Shown: positions 37,975-49,076, counted from the first letter of the stretch. The stretch is 64,000 bases of DNA from Nitrospinaceae bacterium (GCA_965223665.1 OZ245011.1:1728001-1792000); one strand, 5' to 3'. The notes: a model not told the origin generated them from the sequence alone. Translations and numbers: made by a program.

Positions 37975-39330
37975 TTAATTTAACTTCTTCCAGGAAATGG
38001 TTTTGAAAGTGTCTTTGGTAATTTTCTTAAGATTTTCCAAAGCGGCACAGCTATGATAAATTTTTCCATCTCCATCAAATTTAATAGCAGCGGAATTGCT
38101 ACCGGAACTGGCGATGATCATCGCTCCATAAACTTCAGGACTTCCGGATCCATTATAAAATCTCCCCTGGCACTCCTGACAACCCCCTACAATGATAAGA
38201 CCATCCCATTGAAAATCTTCCTTGATCGCTAAAATATTATCAACCACCAGAATTCCATTTCCCATTAAATCGCCCCCACCCACAAAGGATCCGTTGGCAT
38301 GAAACACTCCCGGCTCGGATTCTGATCCTAAAATTCCGGTGGTCATTTCTGAAGGAAGAATTTGAATGTCTGGCACTGACAAAATTCTTTCACGCAATTG
38401 CTGTATATCTGTAGAAGACATGCTCGGGTTTTGCGTGCTTAAAGTATCTACCCCGGTTACATCATTAAGATCCGCAGATGTGGTTGCCGTCTTAGCTGCA
38501 GTCCAATAATCCCACAAAGATTGCAAAAAATTCATTAAATCCTCAGCGGTTTGAACCTCTTGCAAAGCACTCCAGTCAAACGAGGATAAATCCACCGTTT
38601 CACTGCTGTTTCCATAAGTCCCTATTTGAAGTTCAGAGGCAGTAGTGGCCACATCATTTATTGTAGAACAACCCGTATCAATTTCAGGACCTAACGACCC
38701 ATGGGTGGTCCCTTGCCCACTAACCAAAAAATCTGTTCCTTGAGGATCCATTCTCGCGGTATCGCTTACCAGAGAAATAGTTCCCGGAATTTCGGGAATG
38801 TCCAAATTGATTTTTCTCACCTTAGCTTCCAAATGTTCAGACATTCCTTCGGAACTTACGCCGATCGCGTCGATCAAAATGATATTGTCCGAATCCCTCC
38901 AAATGTCTCCGTCGTCCCTATTGTCCGTAATTCTTGTATAGTACTTACCATCATTAAAATTCACTTTGGTGTAGTTACTGCCTTTAAAGTTCTCTATGGT
39001 ACCTACGGAAGGAAACTGGCCATTATCCGCCACTAAAACCTTATCGCCGTCTTCACCCGCCAATGCCTTATTAAAATCCTGATCCCGTACAATAGACTTG
39101 GTATGCTCCAATCCTGCTTCCGCAATATAAAAAGCTTCTTTCCCCTGTTCGTTGGCGCTGGTTTGTTTGATTTCGTTGTTGGTCTGCATTACCATTATGG
39201 GAACCACAATCGAAACTACCAAGAGTAGAAGTAATACAACAACAAGAACGGATCCTCGATCATCCTTTAACTTTTGACTTTTTCCTTTAAAATACCCGGA
39301 AGTTTCTAATAGTAATCTCACTCTACCCAT
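37975..39330 (-). CDS. pilX: Type IV minor pilin PilX-like protein
   Basis: RGSVLVVVLLLLLVV (no Glu5) and AFYIAEAGLE PilX_N motif. Confidence 0.82.
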   Translation of the reverse strand: MGRVRLLLETSGYFKGKSQKLKDDRGSVLVVVLLLLLVVSIVVPIMVMQTNNEIKQTSANEQGKEAFYIAEAGLEHTKSIVRDQDFNKALAGEDGDKVLVADNGQFPSVGTIENFKGSNYTKVNFNDGKYYTRITDNRDDGDIWRDSDNIILIDAIGVSSEGMSEHLEAKVRKINLDIPEIPGTISLVSDTARMDPQGTDFLVSGQGTTHGSLGPEIDTGCSTINDVATTASELQIGTYGNSSETVDLSSFDWSALQEVQTAEDLMNFLQSLWDYWTAAKTATTSADLNDVTGVDTLSTQNPSMSSTDIQQLRERILSVPDIQILPSEMTTGILGSESEPGVFHANGSFVGGGDLMGNGILVVDNILAIKEDFQWDGLIIVGGCQECQGRFYNGSGSPEVYGAMIIASSGSNSAAIKFDGDGKIYHSCAALENLKKITKDTFKTISWKKLN

Positions 39331-39332
39331 TA

Positions 39333-40349
39333 TTAATGATTGTTCCTCACATTGACCGTATTTTCAATCGTATTAGTTTTTTCAGGATTCTCCGGATCAT
39401 ACAGGGTCATGCTAATTTCGATTTTTTGAACATCCGAAGGGTTCGTCGTCACTGTATCGGTAGCATCCTTATATACTAGTTTAAAGTCACTAACATTATT
39501 AACAATAGGAATTACGCCTTCTTTCTCAGATTTTTGAAACACCTGATGATTTGTCGAGTCAAAAGCAATCTTATATACATCGTATTTACTGACAACTATA
39601 GAGGCGCCTGCTGGGAATGTTTCAGAAAAACTGGGGCTTACAACCATATAGTTTTCCGTTGTTGTAGTGGATGTCGTAGATTCAGTGGTTGAATCCATTG
39701 TTGATTCTGAAAGCGCGGCTAAATCACTGTCCGTGGCATATGCTGTATCCATAGTACTTGTGGTAGTGGTTTCTTCCGTTGTGGGACAAATTGTTTGTTG
39801 GGTTTCTGCATCATATTTGCAAAGATCGGAGGAGGTTCCGGATGTGCCTCCATCGGTAGTTTCACCTGAACTGTCACTTGTTTCTGTAGACTGAATATCT
39901 GTAATCTCTACGTTTTCGTAGACCAGTTGACCTTCATCCGCAAAAGCGTTATAAACCAAAATAGTATCGCCGACTTCAAATCCCAAAATACTTTTTACTT
40001 TCACCACATCCTGGTCGACTGCAATATCCCCCGCCAGGTTTGTGGAGACATCATCGCTATTCTTCCAATAAGTCAGTCCCTCCCCTGCAATTTCCCTAAT
40101 CCCTTCTTTAGGAGGAACGCCGTAACCAATTTCCATAAACTCATTTGTGATCCGGTTCACCGCAACATTCCCGGAAGAGTGACTGTTCATTCGGGACATT
40201 TGCTTTTGCATAATATCGCCACTTTTAAAAAACATGGCATACCCGGCGCCTAGAATTACGGCTCCAATTGCTATGGATACCATTAATTCTGTGAGGGTAT
40301 ATCCCTCTTCGCCGGCAAAAGCATTATGTTGTGGTTTAAAATCTCTCAT
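39333..40349 (-). CDS. pilW: Type IV minor pilin PilW-like protein with Thr/Ser-rich insertion
   Basis: Prepilin site EEG|YTLTELMV; C-terminal NNVSDFKLVY...VQKIEISM...TVNVRN. Confidence 0.8.
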   Translation of the reverse strand: MRDFKPQHNAFAGEEGYTLTELMVSIAIGAVILGAGYAMFFKSGDIMQKQMSRMNSHSSGNVAVNRITNEFMEIGYGVPPKEGIREIAGEGLTYWKNSDDVSTNLAGDIAVDQDVVKVKSILGFEVGDTILVYNAFADEGQLVYENVEITDIQSTETSDSSGETTDGGTSGTSSDLCKYDAETQQTICPTTEETTTTSTMDTAYATDSDLAALSESTMDSTTESTTSTTTTENYMVVSPSFSETFPAGASIVVSKYDVYKIAFDSTNHQVFQKSEKEGVIPIVNNVSDFKLVYKDATDTVTTNPSDVQKIEISMTLYDPENPEKTNTIENTVNVRNNH

Positions 40350-40350
40350 C

Positions 40351-40752
40351 TCATTGACTGACGACGGTGTTTAATGATACCGAATCATCTCCTGCAGGAC
40401 CATTCCATTTGGCCATAACATTAATCGAAGTTAAGTTGCCCTCTCCACCATTGGAAATGGTCCAAGTTCGTTCATACCCTTCCAGTATATCGCTTCCACT
40501 ATCTGAATTTTCTAAGGCAGTGGATAACCCTTGGGTTTTCAATTCTTCTAATTTTTCCTGTACTAAATTAAGTGCGATGGATTTCTGTTCCGCTGCAGAA
40601 CTCTTACTGACCACATTGCCCTGTAAAGTCATAAATGCTGAAAACCCAACAGTTAAAACAACAATCGCCATTAAGCATTCGATTAAGGTATAACCGCTTT
40701 CATTCTTATTGGCTTGTTTGAAGAAGTTTTTAATTTTGTTTTGAGTTTTCAT
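40351..40752 (-). CDS. pilV: Type IV minor pilin PilV-like protein
   Basis: Prepilin site ESG|YTLIECLMAI; QEKLEELK; YERTWTI; ATG 40752 with SD AAGGA. Confidence 0.8.
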   Translation of the reverse strand: MKTQNKIKNFFKQANKNESGYTLIECLMAIVVLTVGFSAFMTLQGNVVSKSSAAEQKSIALNLVQEKLEELKTQGLSTALENSDSGSDILEGYERTWTISNGGEGNLTSINVMAKWNGPAGDDSVSLNTVVSQ

Positions 40753-40808
40753 GACTGTTTTCCTTAAAACGTTGTGTTTTCCATTTTTCACATATACACC
40801 CTTTCCAA

Positions 40809-40825
40809 AGCAATGAAGATGCCAA
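40809..40825 (-). promoter_or_regulatory. sigma54 (-24/-12) promoter of pilVWX
   Basis: Minus strand TTGGCATCTTCATTGCT, GG-N10-GC, ~57 bp upstream of ATG 40752. Confidence 0.7.
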
Positions 40826-41666
40826 TTGAAAGAAAATGGGGCTAATGCCAAAACGCAATTTTCTAAAAGGGCTTTTTAGTTAGAATCTAATTATTAGGTT
40901 TACACCCTTGGTAAACCAACTATTTCAAGGGCTTTAGGGAATGCACCCTCAAATAGAGACAATATTTGTCAGGACTGGGACCGTAAATTGTTACAGAATT
41001 TCTCGAATTTGCGATTTGGGGTAATTCTAATGAGAGGAAGTTAGTCAATCTGAGAAAAGTATGAGTTGGTTCTACATATGTAGATTGAAAATAAGGGTTG
41101 ATTGTTGCAGAGTTGTAAAAAGCCGCGCCGATTAATTTAATTCTGAACCAGTGCTAGCAAAAAGGTCAAATTCCATATAGAAAAATTTGTATTAGGCATG
41201 GGAGCAAAAAATGGAATCCAGGTCGGCTCCTTGATTTTGGCCGAAATACTATTTCTGAAATGGTGACCACCCAATGTATCAGGTATGTTGGGCTGGGGAA
41301 GAACAAGGGAATTGTATTGTAAATAGAGAGGCATGAATATTAAAAAAAGAGTACCAATCAAAAATAGTTATTAAAGCCTTTTTGGGGAGGATTTCACCAT
41401 TTACTGGATAACTTTATTCACCGGGACACCAATGTAAGAAAATTTTTTTTAAATTAAAATTGTATAAACCAAATTTCCTATACCACAAATAAAGTCGTTC
41501 TTCTCTTAAGTTTTCAAATTAACCTACCACGAGCGGATGACAGAATTGCCCGATTTGGCAAATTTTTAATTTCTCTGTAAGCTTTAATGATTTTCCTCGA
41601 CTTTACACTAAGGATAGTTATATTCAATCCCACCAAAACAATTTCAAAACAAAAAAAGGAGGAACT

Positions 41667-42335
41667 ATGAAGACATCTCATTCACACATTAAGACCTATG
41701 CAACTCGTATAGTCAGAATGTTTGTATTAACGCTCACTTTACTGGCGCTGGCTCTTCCAGCCTATGCAGACATTCCTGTTAAGTTTTTTGGAGAACTGAC
41801 ACCGAACGCACTGGATGCTGAATTCGAAACGGTCGTAAATGATTTTTTTAATAACGATCCCAGAAATCGCGGGGACTTCGCCTGTTTTCAGGGGGACTTA
41901 TTGAATCTCACTACCGGAAATCCAATAGGAACAGGTATTGATTGTTTAAGTATCGCCCCAATCAATGACACCACCAATGGTGACACCACCGGGGGCGTAC
42001 CCGATGTGGGGGTGATTAATAACACGGTTGATGTCAGTTTAGTTATTGATGCAGTGACTTTCTTTTTTCTTCCCGGGGGCTATATTATAAATGACGGCTT
42101 AACTACCGTTCGACCCTTTTTTGAGGGTGTGGGTAATGGCGATGGGACCGATAACGAAGGGAGTGTCACACACATTACCGGTTCTGTTCCCGGCGAATCC
42201 GCAAGTATTGTCTCTGCTACAGGAAGGTTTGCCAATTTAGAAAATTCAGGAAACGTGCGTCTATCCGGTGCGGTGAATCTCGGGCTGCCGGGCACCGTTT
42301 TCTTTAGCTGCATATTTGTGATCCAATTCGGTTAA
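41667..42335 (+). CDS. Secreted protein, possible dirigent/allene-oxide-cyclase-like beta-barrel
   Basis: SD AAGGAGG; signal peptide (AYA); IGTGIDC, TFFFLPGG, SIVSATGRFAN..G.VRL. Confidence 0.55.
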   Translation: MKTSHSHIKTYATRIVRMFVLTLTLLALALPAYADIPVKFFGELTPNALDAEFETVVNDFFNNDPRNRGDFACFQGDLLNLTTGNPIGTGIDCLSIAPINDTTNGDTTGGVPDVGVINNTVDVSLVIDAVTFFFLPGGYIINDGLTTVRPFFEGVGNGDGTDNEGSVTHITGSVPGESASIVSATGRFANLENSGNVRLSGAVNLGLPGTVFFSCIFVIQFG

Positions 42336-42381
42336 GTGATTTTAAATTGAGGTTTTTAACAATTTAAAATGAGGGGGACTT

Positions 42382-42903
42382 ATGAAGCTATTCAGTTTTT
42401 ATTCGATATGTTTTATTTTATTACTGCAAGCCACTTCTTACGCCAGCGATAAAGTAATCCAAAGTGCGGAAAGCGCTGCCTTTCCCGCCTTATCGTCCAA
42501 CGCCACCATCATGGATTGGAATGACAAAGTCATCCGTAAAGGAACCAACGGCTGGACTTGTCTTCCCGACCGCGACACACCGGGAAACGATCCCTGGTGT
42601 GTGAACGAGGCGTGGATGAACTTCTTACAAGCTTATAAATCCAAAACCAAACCTTCTTATGATCAGGTTGGAGTGGCTTATATGCTGCAGGGGGACACCC
42701 CAGTAAGTAATAGCGACCCTTATGCCACAAAACCCGATGGTAACTGGGTCACGGGTTTGGGGGCTCATCTCATGATTCTGGTTCCGGATAAAAAATCCAT
42801 TGCCAGTTATCCATCCGATTGGAAACAAGGCGGTCCCTGGATCATGTGGGGAGGCACTCCCTACGAGCACTTGATGGTGCCACTCGATAAAGTTGGGAAA
42901 TAA
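42382..42903 (+). CDS. Secreted conserved hypothetical protein
   Basis: Signal peptide; IRKGTNGWTCLPD, AYMLQGD, HLMILVPD, GGPWIMWGGTPYEHLMVP. Confidence 0.8.
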   Translation: MKLFSFYSICFILLLQATSYASDKVIQSAESAAFPALSSNATIMDWNDKVIRKGTNGWTCLPDRDTPGNDPWCVNEAWMNFLQAYKSKTKPSYDQVGVAYMLQGDTPVSNSDPYATKPDGNWVTGLGAHLMILVPDKKSIASYPSDWKQGGPWIMWGGTPYEHLMVPLDKVGK

Positions 42904-42959
42904 TTATTGATCTAATTTTTATTGTGCATTTGCTTCCTAAGTTTGTGGGCAAATCTCGG

Positions 42960-42990
42960 CCGCTGAGGGATAACCCTCAGCGGTTTTTGT
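42960..42990 (+). terminator. Rho-independent terminator
   Basis: CCGCTGAGGG-ataa-CCCTCAGCGG followed by TTTTT. Confidence 0.85.
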
Positions 42991-43319
42991 ATTTTTAGTC
43001 TATTTAACAAAACTTTTTGACGCCTAAAATTTTTTTCCTTTCAAAAAATATTAAAAATTTTTCTACAAAAAATGATATGTACCCATTAAATTTCCACATG
43101 GTAAGTTTAGTTTGTTTAAAGATAATAAATTTGTTTCCATAGCGGACCTCGGTTTGTTTCGAGTTCTATTATTTATTCGTTGCAATCTAACTCGAATGTT
43201 TATCTTAGAAGACTACCGCTTCCACAAATGATTATACTTTTAGAATTGGAATCATTGAATATTTGCTAATATATTTTATCGGCCAATTTTGAGTTCAATT
43301 TTCTCTGAGACGTTGCCGG

Positions 43320-43492
43320 TAAGGAAAATTTTATTTCATCCTAAAGGTTGGGTAAAATAAGACACTTTTTGGGAACGTGCGCAACCCGAAAACAGGTTCC
43401 CGATTTTAACAGCACGACTCTAATTCTATGAAACGAAAATTCAATTCGATTTCAGTTGAAAAAGCTTCCGGAGACTCGCAGAATTTTCCCAG
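43320..43492 (+). repeat. Direct repeat, left copy (upstream region plus 5' end of the ATP-cone gene)
   Basis: Identical to 54065-54238 except one T missing near the 3' end. Confidence 0.95.
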
Positions 43493-43520
43493 AGTCTCCC
43501 CTCCCTGCAATCCAGCTTGA
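43428..43520 (+). pseudogene. Truncated 5' remnant of the ATP-cone/endonuclease gene
   Basis: MKRKFNSISVEKASGDSQNF identical to 54173, then PRVSPPCNPA-stop. Confidence 0.8.
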
Positions 43521-43826
43521 CAATAAAGACAAATTCAATTATTTTCTTCAAACCGATAAAGTTTTATTGTAAATCTATAATTTCGAAATACCGACTCAGG
43601 GATTAGTGGGAAACAGGCTCCAAGAACCTGGAGTTTTTAAGGTAAAACCTGATTTTGGAAATGGTTTACTTAAAATTCATTCTTAAAACCATCTATAAAC
43701 TTTATCCGATGAGTCAAATATTTTTGAGCTTTAATAGGTCTACCAGCTAAATCCACTAAATGGATTGGTATAAATTGTTTTAAAAGTTTGTCCTTAAATT
43801 AATTACTCAACTGAGTATAAATTTTT

Positions 43827-46800
43827 ATGGCACTTGAGACGACAAAACCTACCTTCCCAAAAAAAATCAAAGTATTCCTTTCGTATTCACGAAAAGACGT
43901 AGATCTTGCAGTTTTATTGCAAGAGCAATTGGAAAAACTCGGTTACGAAGTGTTTCGTGATGTTCATGATATTGCCTATGGTGAGGAATGGAGGCAGCGT
44001 ATAAAAAACCTGATCACCAAATCCGACGTTGTAGTTTTTGTATTATCTCCCCGTTCTGCAGAATCGATTGAATGCCAAAGGGAAGTAGAATTTGCAGATT
44101 CGCTTACGAAACGAATCATCCCTCTGGTCATTGAAGAGGTAGACTGGAAATCCGTGCCCGGAGGACTTGCCGAAAGAAACAGTTTTACAATAAATAAAGA
44201 AGAGATTAATAGTGAATTGCCTGAGGCTTTTATCACTGCCATAGAAACGGATATAGATTGGGTTCGGGAACACACTCGCCTGGGAGAACTGGCGCAATAT
44301 TGGGAGAAAAACTCAAAAGCCGAAAACCTATTACGTGGAAAAGAATTAAAAGCCGCTGAAAGTTGGCTTACCAAACCACCTCCACCCTCAGCCAGACCAC
44401 CCAGTGAATCACATCACGGGTTTATTCAGGCGAGTCAGGTTGAAGCTCAATCGCGGTTATATAAATGGATTGCAGGATCGGCAATAACCCTGTTAATTAT
44501 TATTGTGATTAGTATCTACGGAATTCAACAAAGAGAACTCAAGGAACAGCAGGAGAATTTTACTACGATTGCTAATGCTAAGAAGCTAAGCACAAAAGCA
44601 TTTCAAGTCACGAGTGAAGGTAATGCCACGCTAGGAACCCTTTTATCTCTGGAAGCGCTTTCCAAAACGAAAAGCATCAAGGATACCACCGTGCCCGACC
44701 CGGAAGCTTCCCTCCTGAACGCAATTTTTGCACAACAGGAAAAACACGTTTTGGAGGGACATAAAGGGGGAATCAATCAAGTCAACTTTTCACCCAATGG
44801 TAAATTGGCCGTGACTGCCTCACTAGATCAAACTGCTCGAGTATGGGATGTGGATACAGGGAAATCCATTCATACTTTAAAGGGCCATAAAGGACAAGTT
44901 TATTCTGCCCGATTTTCCAAAGATGGGAAAAAAATTATAACCGGTTCTTCGGACGACACTGCTCGAATTTGGTCGGTAAAAACGGGAAAGGAAATTATCA
45001 AATTAGTAGGTCATCAAAATGATGTTTTGAATGCGTTCTTTTTTGCCAATGATTCAAAAATAGCCACCGCATCCTGGGATGGGACGGCACGGATTTGGGA
45101 TGCTAATACGGGAAAGGAAATAGAATCATTTTGTCATAAAGCACAAGCCGTTTTCTGGGTAGATGTCTCACCAAATGGCAAGCGTCTGGTCACAGCTTCG
45201 GCCGATAAAACAGCTAAATTGTGGGATTTAGAAACAGGAAAAGAAATAAACACTTTAAACCATGATCATTGGGTATTACAGGCTACTTTCTCTCCAAATG
45301 GTAGCCGCATAATCACTGCCTCCTGGGACACAACCGCTAAACTTTGGGATGGCCACTCGGGAAAACTCCTTTCTATTTTAAAAGGCCATGTCCAAGGAGT
45401 TAGTAAAGCATTATTTTCGCCCAATGGAAAAAATATTGTCACTGCTACAGCATATAAAGAAATTGGGCTTTGGAATTCCAAAACAGGGAAATTGTTGAAT
45501 ATCTTTAAGGAACATCGCGGTCAAGTTAATGATGTTAGATTTTCTTCTGATAACCAGCGGTTGATTTCAGCTTCGGCAGATGGGACTTCCCGAATATGGG
45601 ATATAAAAAACAAAAAAGAATTAAAAATATTGTCTGCCCATTTCGGAAAAGTTTGGTCAGCAGCCTTTTCTCCAGATGGGAAATCGATAGTCACGGGTTC
45701 CGAAGATAAAACTGCAAGACTGTGGGTTGCAAAATCGCCCATTCATTCTCTGGATTTATTGGATCATAAAGATCGCATCCATAGCATAAAGTTATCTCCC
45801 GATAAAACTACATTTTTGACTTCATCAGATGATCGAACCGCCAGGATATGGAATATTAAAACAGGAAAATCCATCGCTCTTATTGGACACACTCATGATG
45901 TCTGGTATTCCATATATTCTAAAGATGGAAATCGAGCACTAACAGCTTCAAAAGATGGAACAGCTCGAATTTGGGACACCTCGAATGGAAAACTATTACA
46001 CACCCTTCCACAAGAGAAATTGAATCATGTTCATTTTTCTCCAAATGGAGAACAGGTGGTAACCGGAGGAGAAAAAGGAGCCAATATTTGGAGTGTAAAA
46101 TCTGGAAAAAAAATTAAGACCTTGATCAAGAAAGGTAAAACTGTCAATTATGTAGAATTTTCTCCTAAGGGTAATAGAATAGTCACGGCAACAGCAAAGT
46201 ATGGATCGGATAAAAGATCTATTGCACCGGAACCAGGAGATGGAACTCTACAACTTTGGAATAACGAAGGAAAACTAGTTGAATCTATGGATGGACATAC
46301 ACAGCAGGTTATCAATGGAGAGTTTTCAATAGATGGGAAATACTTAGTAACCACATCCTGGGATCATACAGCTGGATTATGGAATGCTCTTACGGGCCAT
46401 CTGATTTATTTTTTGAAAGGTCATTCGGAGGCTGTAAAAGTCGCCAGGTTTTCGTCTGATGGAAATTTTATTGTGACTGGTTCTTCAGATAATAGAGCAC
46501 GGGTATGGGATATAAGAAAACCCAAACCTTCCTCCATAGCTTTAATCGGACACCAAGGAGAAGTAACCGACGCATCGTTTTCGGAAGATAACCGACTTGT
46601 TTTTACTACTTCCGAGGATGGCACCGCACGTGTTTGGCAAAGAGAAAGCGGTATCCCTGTTTTAATTCTTGATGGACACAAAAATTTTGTGAGTGGTATG
46701 CAAGTCCTTTCAAATGAGAAATTAGCCACTGTTTCCTGGGACAGCACAGTGAAACTTTGGACATTCCCCATAGGTTTCAAAAATAACTGGAAAGATTATG

Positions 46801-46883
46801 CTTTGCAAACGCTTCCTCGAGAGAAATTATCTTATGATGAAAAACTTCTATATCTCGAAAAAGTTAAAAGTTTAAAAAAATGA
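43827..46883 (+). CDS. TIR domain - TM - WD40 repeat protein (about 16 WD40 repeats)
   Basis: KVFLSYSRKD, DIAYGEEW, VFVLSPRS, ECQREV (catalytic-position Glu); LLRGKELKAAESWL; TM WIAGSAITLLIIIVISIYGI; GH...WD repeats. Confidence 0.92.
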   Translation: MALETTKPTFPKKIKVFLSYSRKDVDLAVLLQEQLEKLGYEVFRDVHDIAYGEEWRQRIKNLITKSDVVVFVLSPRSAESIECQREVEFADSLTKRIIPLVIEEVDWKSVPGGLAERNSFTINKEEINSELPEAFITAIETDIDWVREHTRLGELAQYWEKNSKAENLLRGKELKAAESWLTKPPPPSARPPSESHHGFIQASQVEAQSRLYKWIAGSAITLLIIIVISIYGIQQRELKEQQENFTTIANAKKLSTKAFQVTSEGNATLGTLLSLEALSKTKSIKDTTVPDPEASLLNAIFAQQEKHVLEGHKGGINQVNFSPNGKLAVTASLDQTARVWDVDTGKSIHTLKGHKGQVYSARFSKDGKKIITGSSDDTARIWSVKTGKEIIKLVGHQNDVLNAFFFANDSKIATASWDGTARIWDANTGKEIESFCHKAQAVFWVDVSPNGKRLVTASADKTAKLWDLETGKEINTLNHDHWVLQATFSPNGSRIITASWDTTAKLWDGHSGKLLSILKGHVQGVSKALFSPNGKNIVTATAYKEIGLWNSKTGKLLNIFKEHRGQVNDVRFSSDNQRLISASADGTSRIWDIKNKKELKILSAHFGKVWSAAFSPDGKSIVTGSEDKTARLWVAKSPIHSLDLLDHKDRIHSIKLSPDKTTFLTSSDDRTARIWNIKTGKSIALIGHTHDVWYSIYSKDGNRALTASKDGTARIWDTSNGKLLHTLPQEKLNHVHFSPNGEQVVTGGEKGANIWSVKSGKKIKTLIKKGKTVNYVEFSPKGNRIVTATAKYGSDKRSIAPEPGDGTLQLWNNEGKLVESMDGHTQQVINGEFSIDGKYLVTTSWDHTAGLWNALTGHLIYFLKGHSEAVKVARFSSDGNFIVTGSSDNRARVWDIRKPKPSSIALIGHQGEVTDASFSEDNRLVFTTSEDGTARVWQRESGIPVLILDGHKNFVSGMQVLSNEKLATVSWDSTVKLWTFPIGFKNNWKDYALQTLPREKLSYDEKLLYLEKVKSLKK

Positions 46884-46914
46884 TTAACTACCTTATCCAA
46901 ACATCGCCGATTAA

Positions 46915-47742
46915 TTGAATTTGGTAAATTATTTGCACAAACTCAATACATTCACAAATAAATTTCTTTTTGCAATTTTATCTTATATTTTATTTTCTAG
47001 TTGCGCATCCCCTTCGGTTTCATTTGATGAAACCGCCGCATCTTATCAATTTAAAAAAGGAACCGTTAAGGGCAAAAGCTTTAATCACATCGTTTATTAT
47101 AATAAAAACCCCTCAACCAAAATGCTCCGCGTGTATTTAGGAGGTGACGGAACACCTATACTTTATGGAAAACCTTCCAATGACCCTACCCCCAGAAATC
47201 CAATCACGCTTCAACTCATGGCATTAGATCCAAATTCGACCATTTTTTTAGGGCGTCCCTGCTATCATGGTTTGGCAAACTCTCCTGAATGTTTTCCTAA
47301 ATATTGGACTGGGGCTCGCTATTCGGAACCGGTAGTGAAGAGTATGGCCTCGGCGATTCGCAAAATTTACCAAACGGGTGGATATAAATATATTGAACTG
47401 TTTGGTTATTCGGGTGGAGGTACTCTGGCTATGTTATTGGCTGAGCGATTACAGAAGACGCAACGGGTAGTTACCATTGCCGCTAATCTCGATGTCCACA
47501 ACTGGGCAAAGCATCATGAAATTCCCGGGTTGGAAGCATCTCTTAATCCCATACTTCGACCTATTTTACCGAACCACATTGAGCAAAACCATTATGTTGG
47601 GGAAGAAGATTATGTAGTGCCTCAAAAGTTCACTGCACAAGGAGTACGTGGTCAAAATTCCCGGTTAATTGTGGTAGAGAATTTTAACCACATTTGTTGT
47701 TGGGTTGATTATTGGCCACGGATATTCAAAGAATTGAACTAG
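46915..47742 (+). CDS. Alpha/beta hydrolase, probable lipoprotein
   Basis: GYSGGG nucleophile elbow; GDG..DPTP..FLGRPC; D.VVP; NH.CCW; FSSC lipobox-like. Confidence 0.82.
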   Translation: MNLVNYLHKLNTFTNKFLFAILSYILFSSCASPSVSFDETAASYQFKKGTVKGKSFNHIVYYNKNPSTKMLRVYLGGDGTPILYGKPSNDPTPRNPITLQLMALDPNSTIFLGRPCYHGLANSPECFPKYWTGARYSEPVVKSMASAIRKIYQTGGYKYIELFGYSGGGTLAMLLAERLQKTQRVVTIAANLDVHNWAKHHEIPGLEASLNPILRPILPNHIEQNHYVGEEDYVVPQKFTAQGVRGQNSRLIVVENFNHICCWVDYWPRIFKELN

Positions 47743-48988
47743 GGATACGAACACCAATCATCCCGGCATGGCTGTTAAAGAATGAATGAAAAAGCATCGA
47801 ACGATAGTTTACAAAAATTTGGATCTTACTTTGGAGTAATAAGGTAACTCCTGCATTGAGTTCCATCCAATCCCGATCCGGAGATTGTGTTTGAAATAAG
47901 AAACGTTTTGCTCGCGTATCATCTACAAAGCTAACCGCCACGTCTCGCTGATCATTTTCAAATTCGTGTAGCCAATCTAAAGTTAACAAAGGTACAATTC
48001 CAATTTCATTAAAAGAAAGACCGCTATAAATCGTTTTAAGACCCAATCTAGATTTAAATGAACTTATTGTATCATCGTGAAAAGTAAGACCTAAACCATC
48101 GCCTCCCGCTTCACTATAAGTTGCAAAATTTATATAAAAAAATTCAGCTCCCACTTGTGGCATAAGCACAAAAGATGTACCTTCCACTTTGTATTTAAAA
48201 CTAACTAATGCGTTACCTATAAATTCATTGGCATGAAAATCCGTTTCAGCTAACCCACCATGAATGTTTACAGGATTTTCAGTAATAAAATTTGTAATTC
48301 GACTTCGATTATATTTCTTATATGAATATCCCCCTAAAAAGCTAAGGAATAAATTGTCGATTGGTCTATACAATCCAAACCCCAATAATCCAAATGAATT
48401 AATTTTAAAATCTCCTTGATTAGTAAAATCTCCATAGTGATGAGAGTAATTCAACACCGCACCCCCTGAAAAGCGATCAGAAAACCGATAATCAAAACCA
48501 GCTAAAAGCTGGTTAATACTTGATTCAAATCCATTTGCAAACTCTGTCACGTCTCTATCTAATATCTGATGCTCTACTGAAAAAAGGAATTTCAATTTTT
48601 TATCAAGAAATAAATTACTGTCAGAACTCCCACCATTTACTTTTTTAGTTCCTACATTTAATTTAGCTACTTCCCTAGCTTTTTGCTGAAAAGCAGGGGG
48701 CAATGTTGTAGGGGCTCCCCCGTTAGATGTGGGAGCCGAAGAAGGAGAAGTAGTTGGCGTATCTGGAATCCGCGAACAGATTACTCTCAGGTTTCCTGTC
48801 AAATCACCTACATTGCCACCACCTCCCAGCAATTTACCACAAACCAAACCATCAACCTTCAATTGCTCATTTATTGCCTGATCCAATGTAAGCGCATGAA
48901 CTCTCGAAACAATTACAAAAAAGCAACAAATTCCAACAGAAACTGTTTTAAGGTGTTTTGTCACAATATTAAATAAGATCCTAATCAT
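47726..48988 (-). CDS. Autotransporter outer-membrane beta-barrel protein with very short passenger
   Basis: Signal peptide (VHA); LLAGFDYRF, YSEAGG.GLGL, SRLGL, WLHEFEND, DRDW.EL.AG; ATG 48988 (track start TTG 49042). Confidence 0.82.
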   Translation of the reverse strand: MIRILFNIVTKHLKTVSVGICCFFVIVSRVHALTLDQAINEQLKVDGLVCGKLLGGGGNVGDLTGNLRVICSRIPDTPTTSPSSAPTSNGGAPTTLPPAFQQKAREVAKLNVGTKKVNGGSSDSNLFLDKKLKFLFSVEHQILDRDVTEFANGFESSINQLLAGFDYRFSDRFSGGAVLNYSHHYGDFTNQGDFKINSFGLLGFGLYRPIDNLFLSFLGGYSYKKYNRSRITNFITENPVNIHGGLAETDFHANEFIGNALVSFKYKVEGTSFVLMPQVGAEFFYINFATYSEAGGDGLGLTFHDDTISSFKSRLGLKTIYSGLSFNEIGIVPLLTLDWLHEFENDQRDVAVSFVDDTRAKRFLFQTQSPDRDWMELNAGVTLLLQSKIQIFVNYRSMLFHSFFNSHAGMIGVRIPSSIL

Positions 48989-49076
48989 ACTCTTTTTATA
49001 GCAAATCAAAATCAAGGCTTTGGGATTCAACGAATAAATCAAAAATTGTTTTTATTTTGTTTCATTGGGATTAATG

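Noticed and set aside
40753-40851. Longer N-terminus for PilV (TTG 40851)
   Set aside because: It would overlap the sigma54 promoter; ATG 40752 has an SD and gives a normal prepilin leader.
41137-41361. 74-aa ORF in the pilV-41667 intergenic region
   Set aside because: TTG start, no clear RBS or motif; insufficient support.
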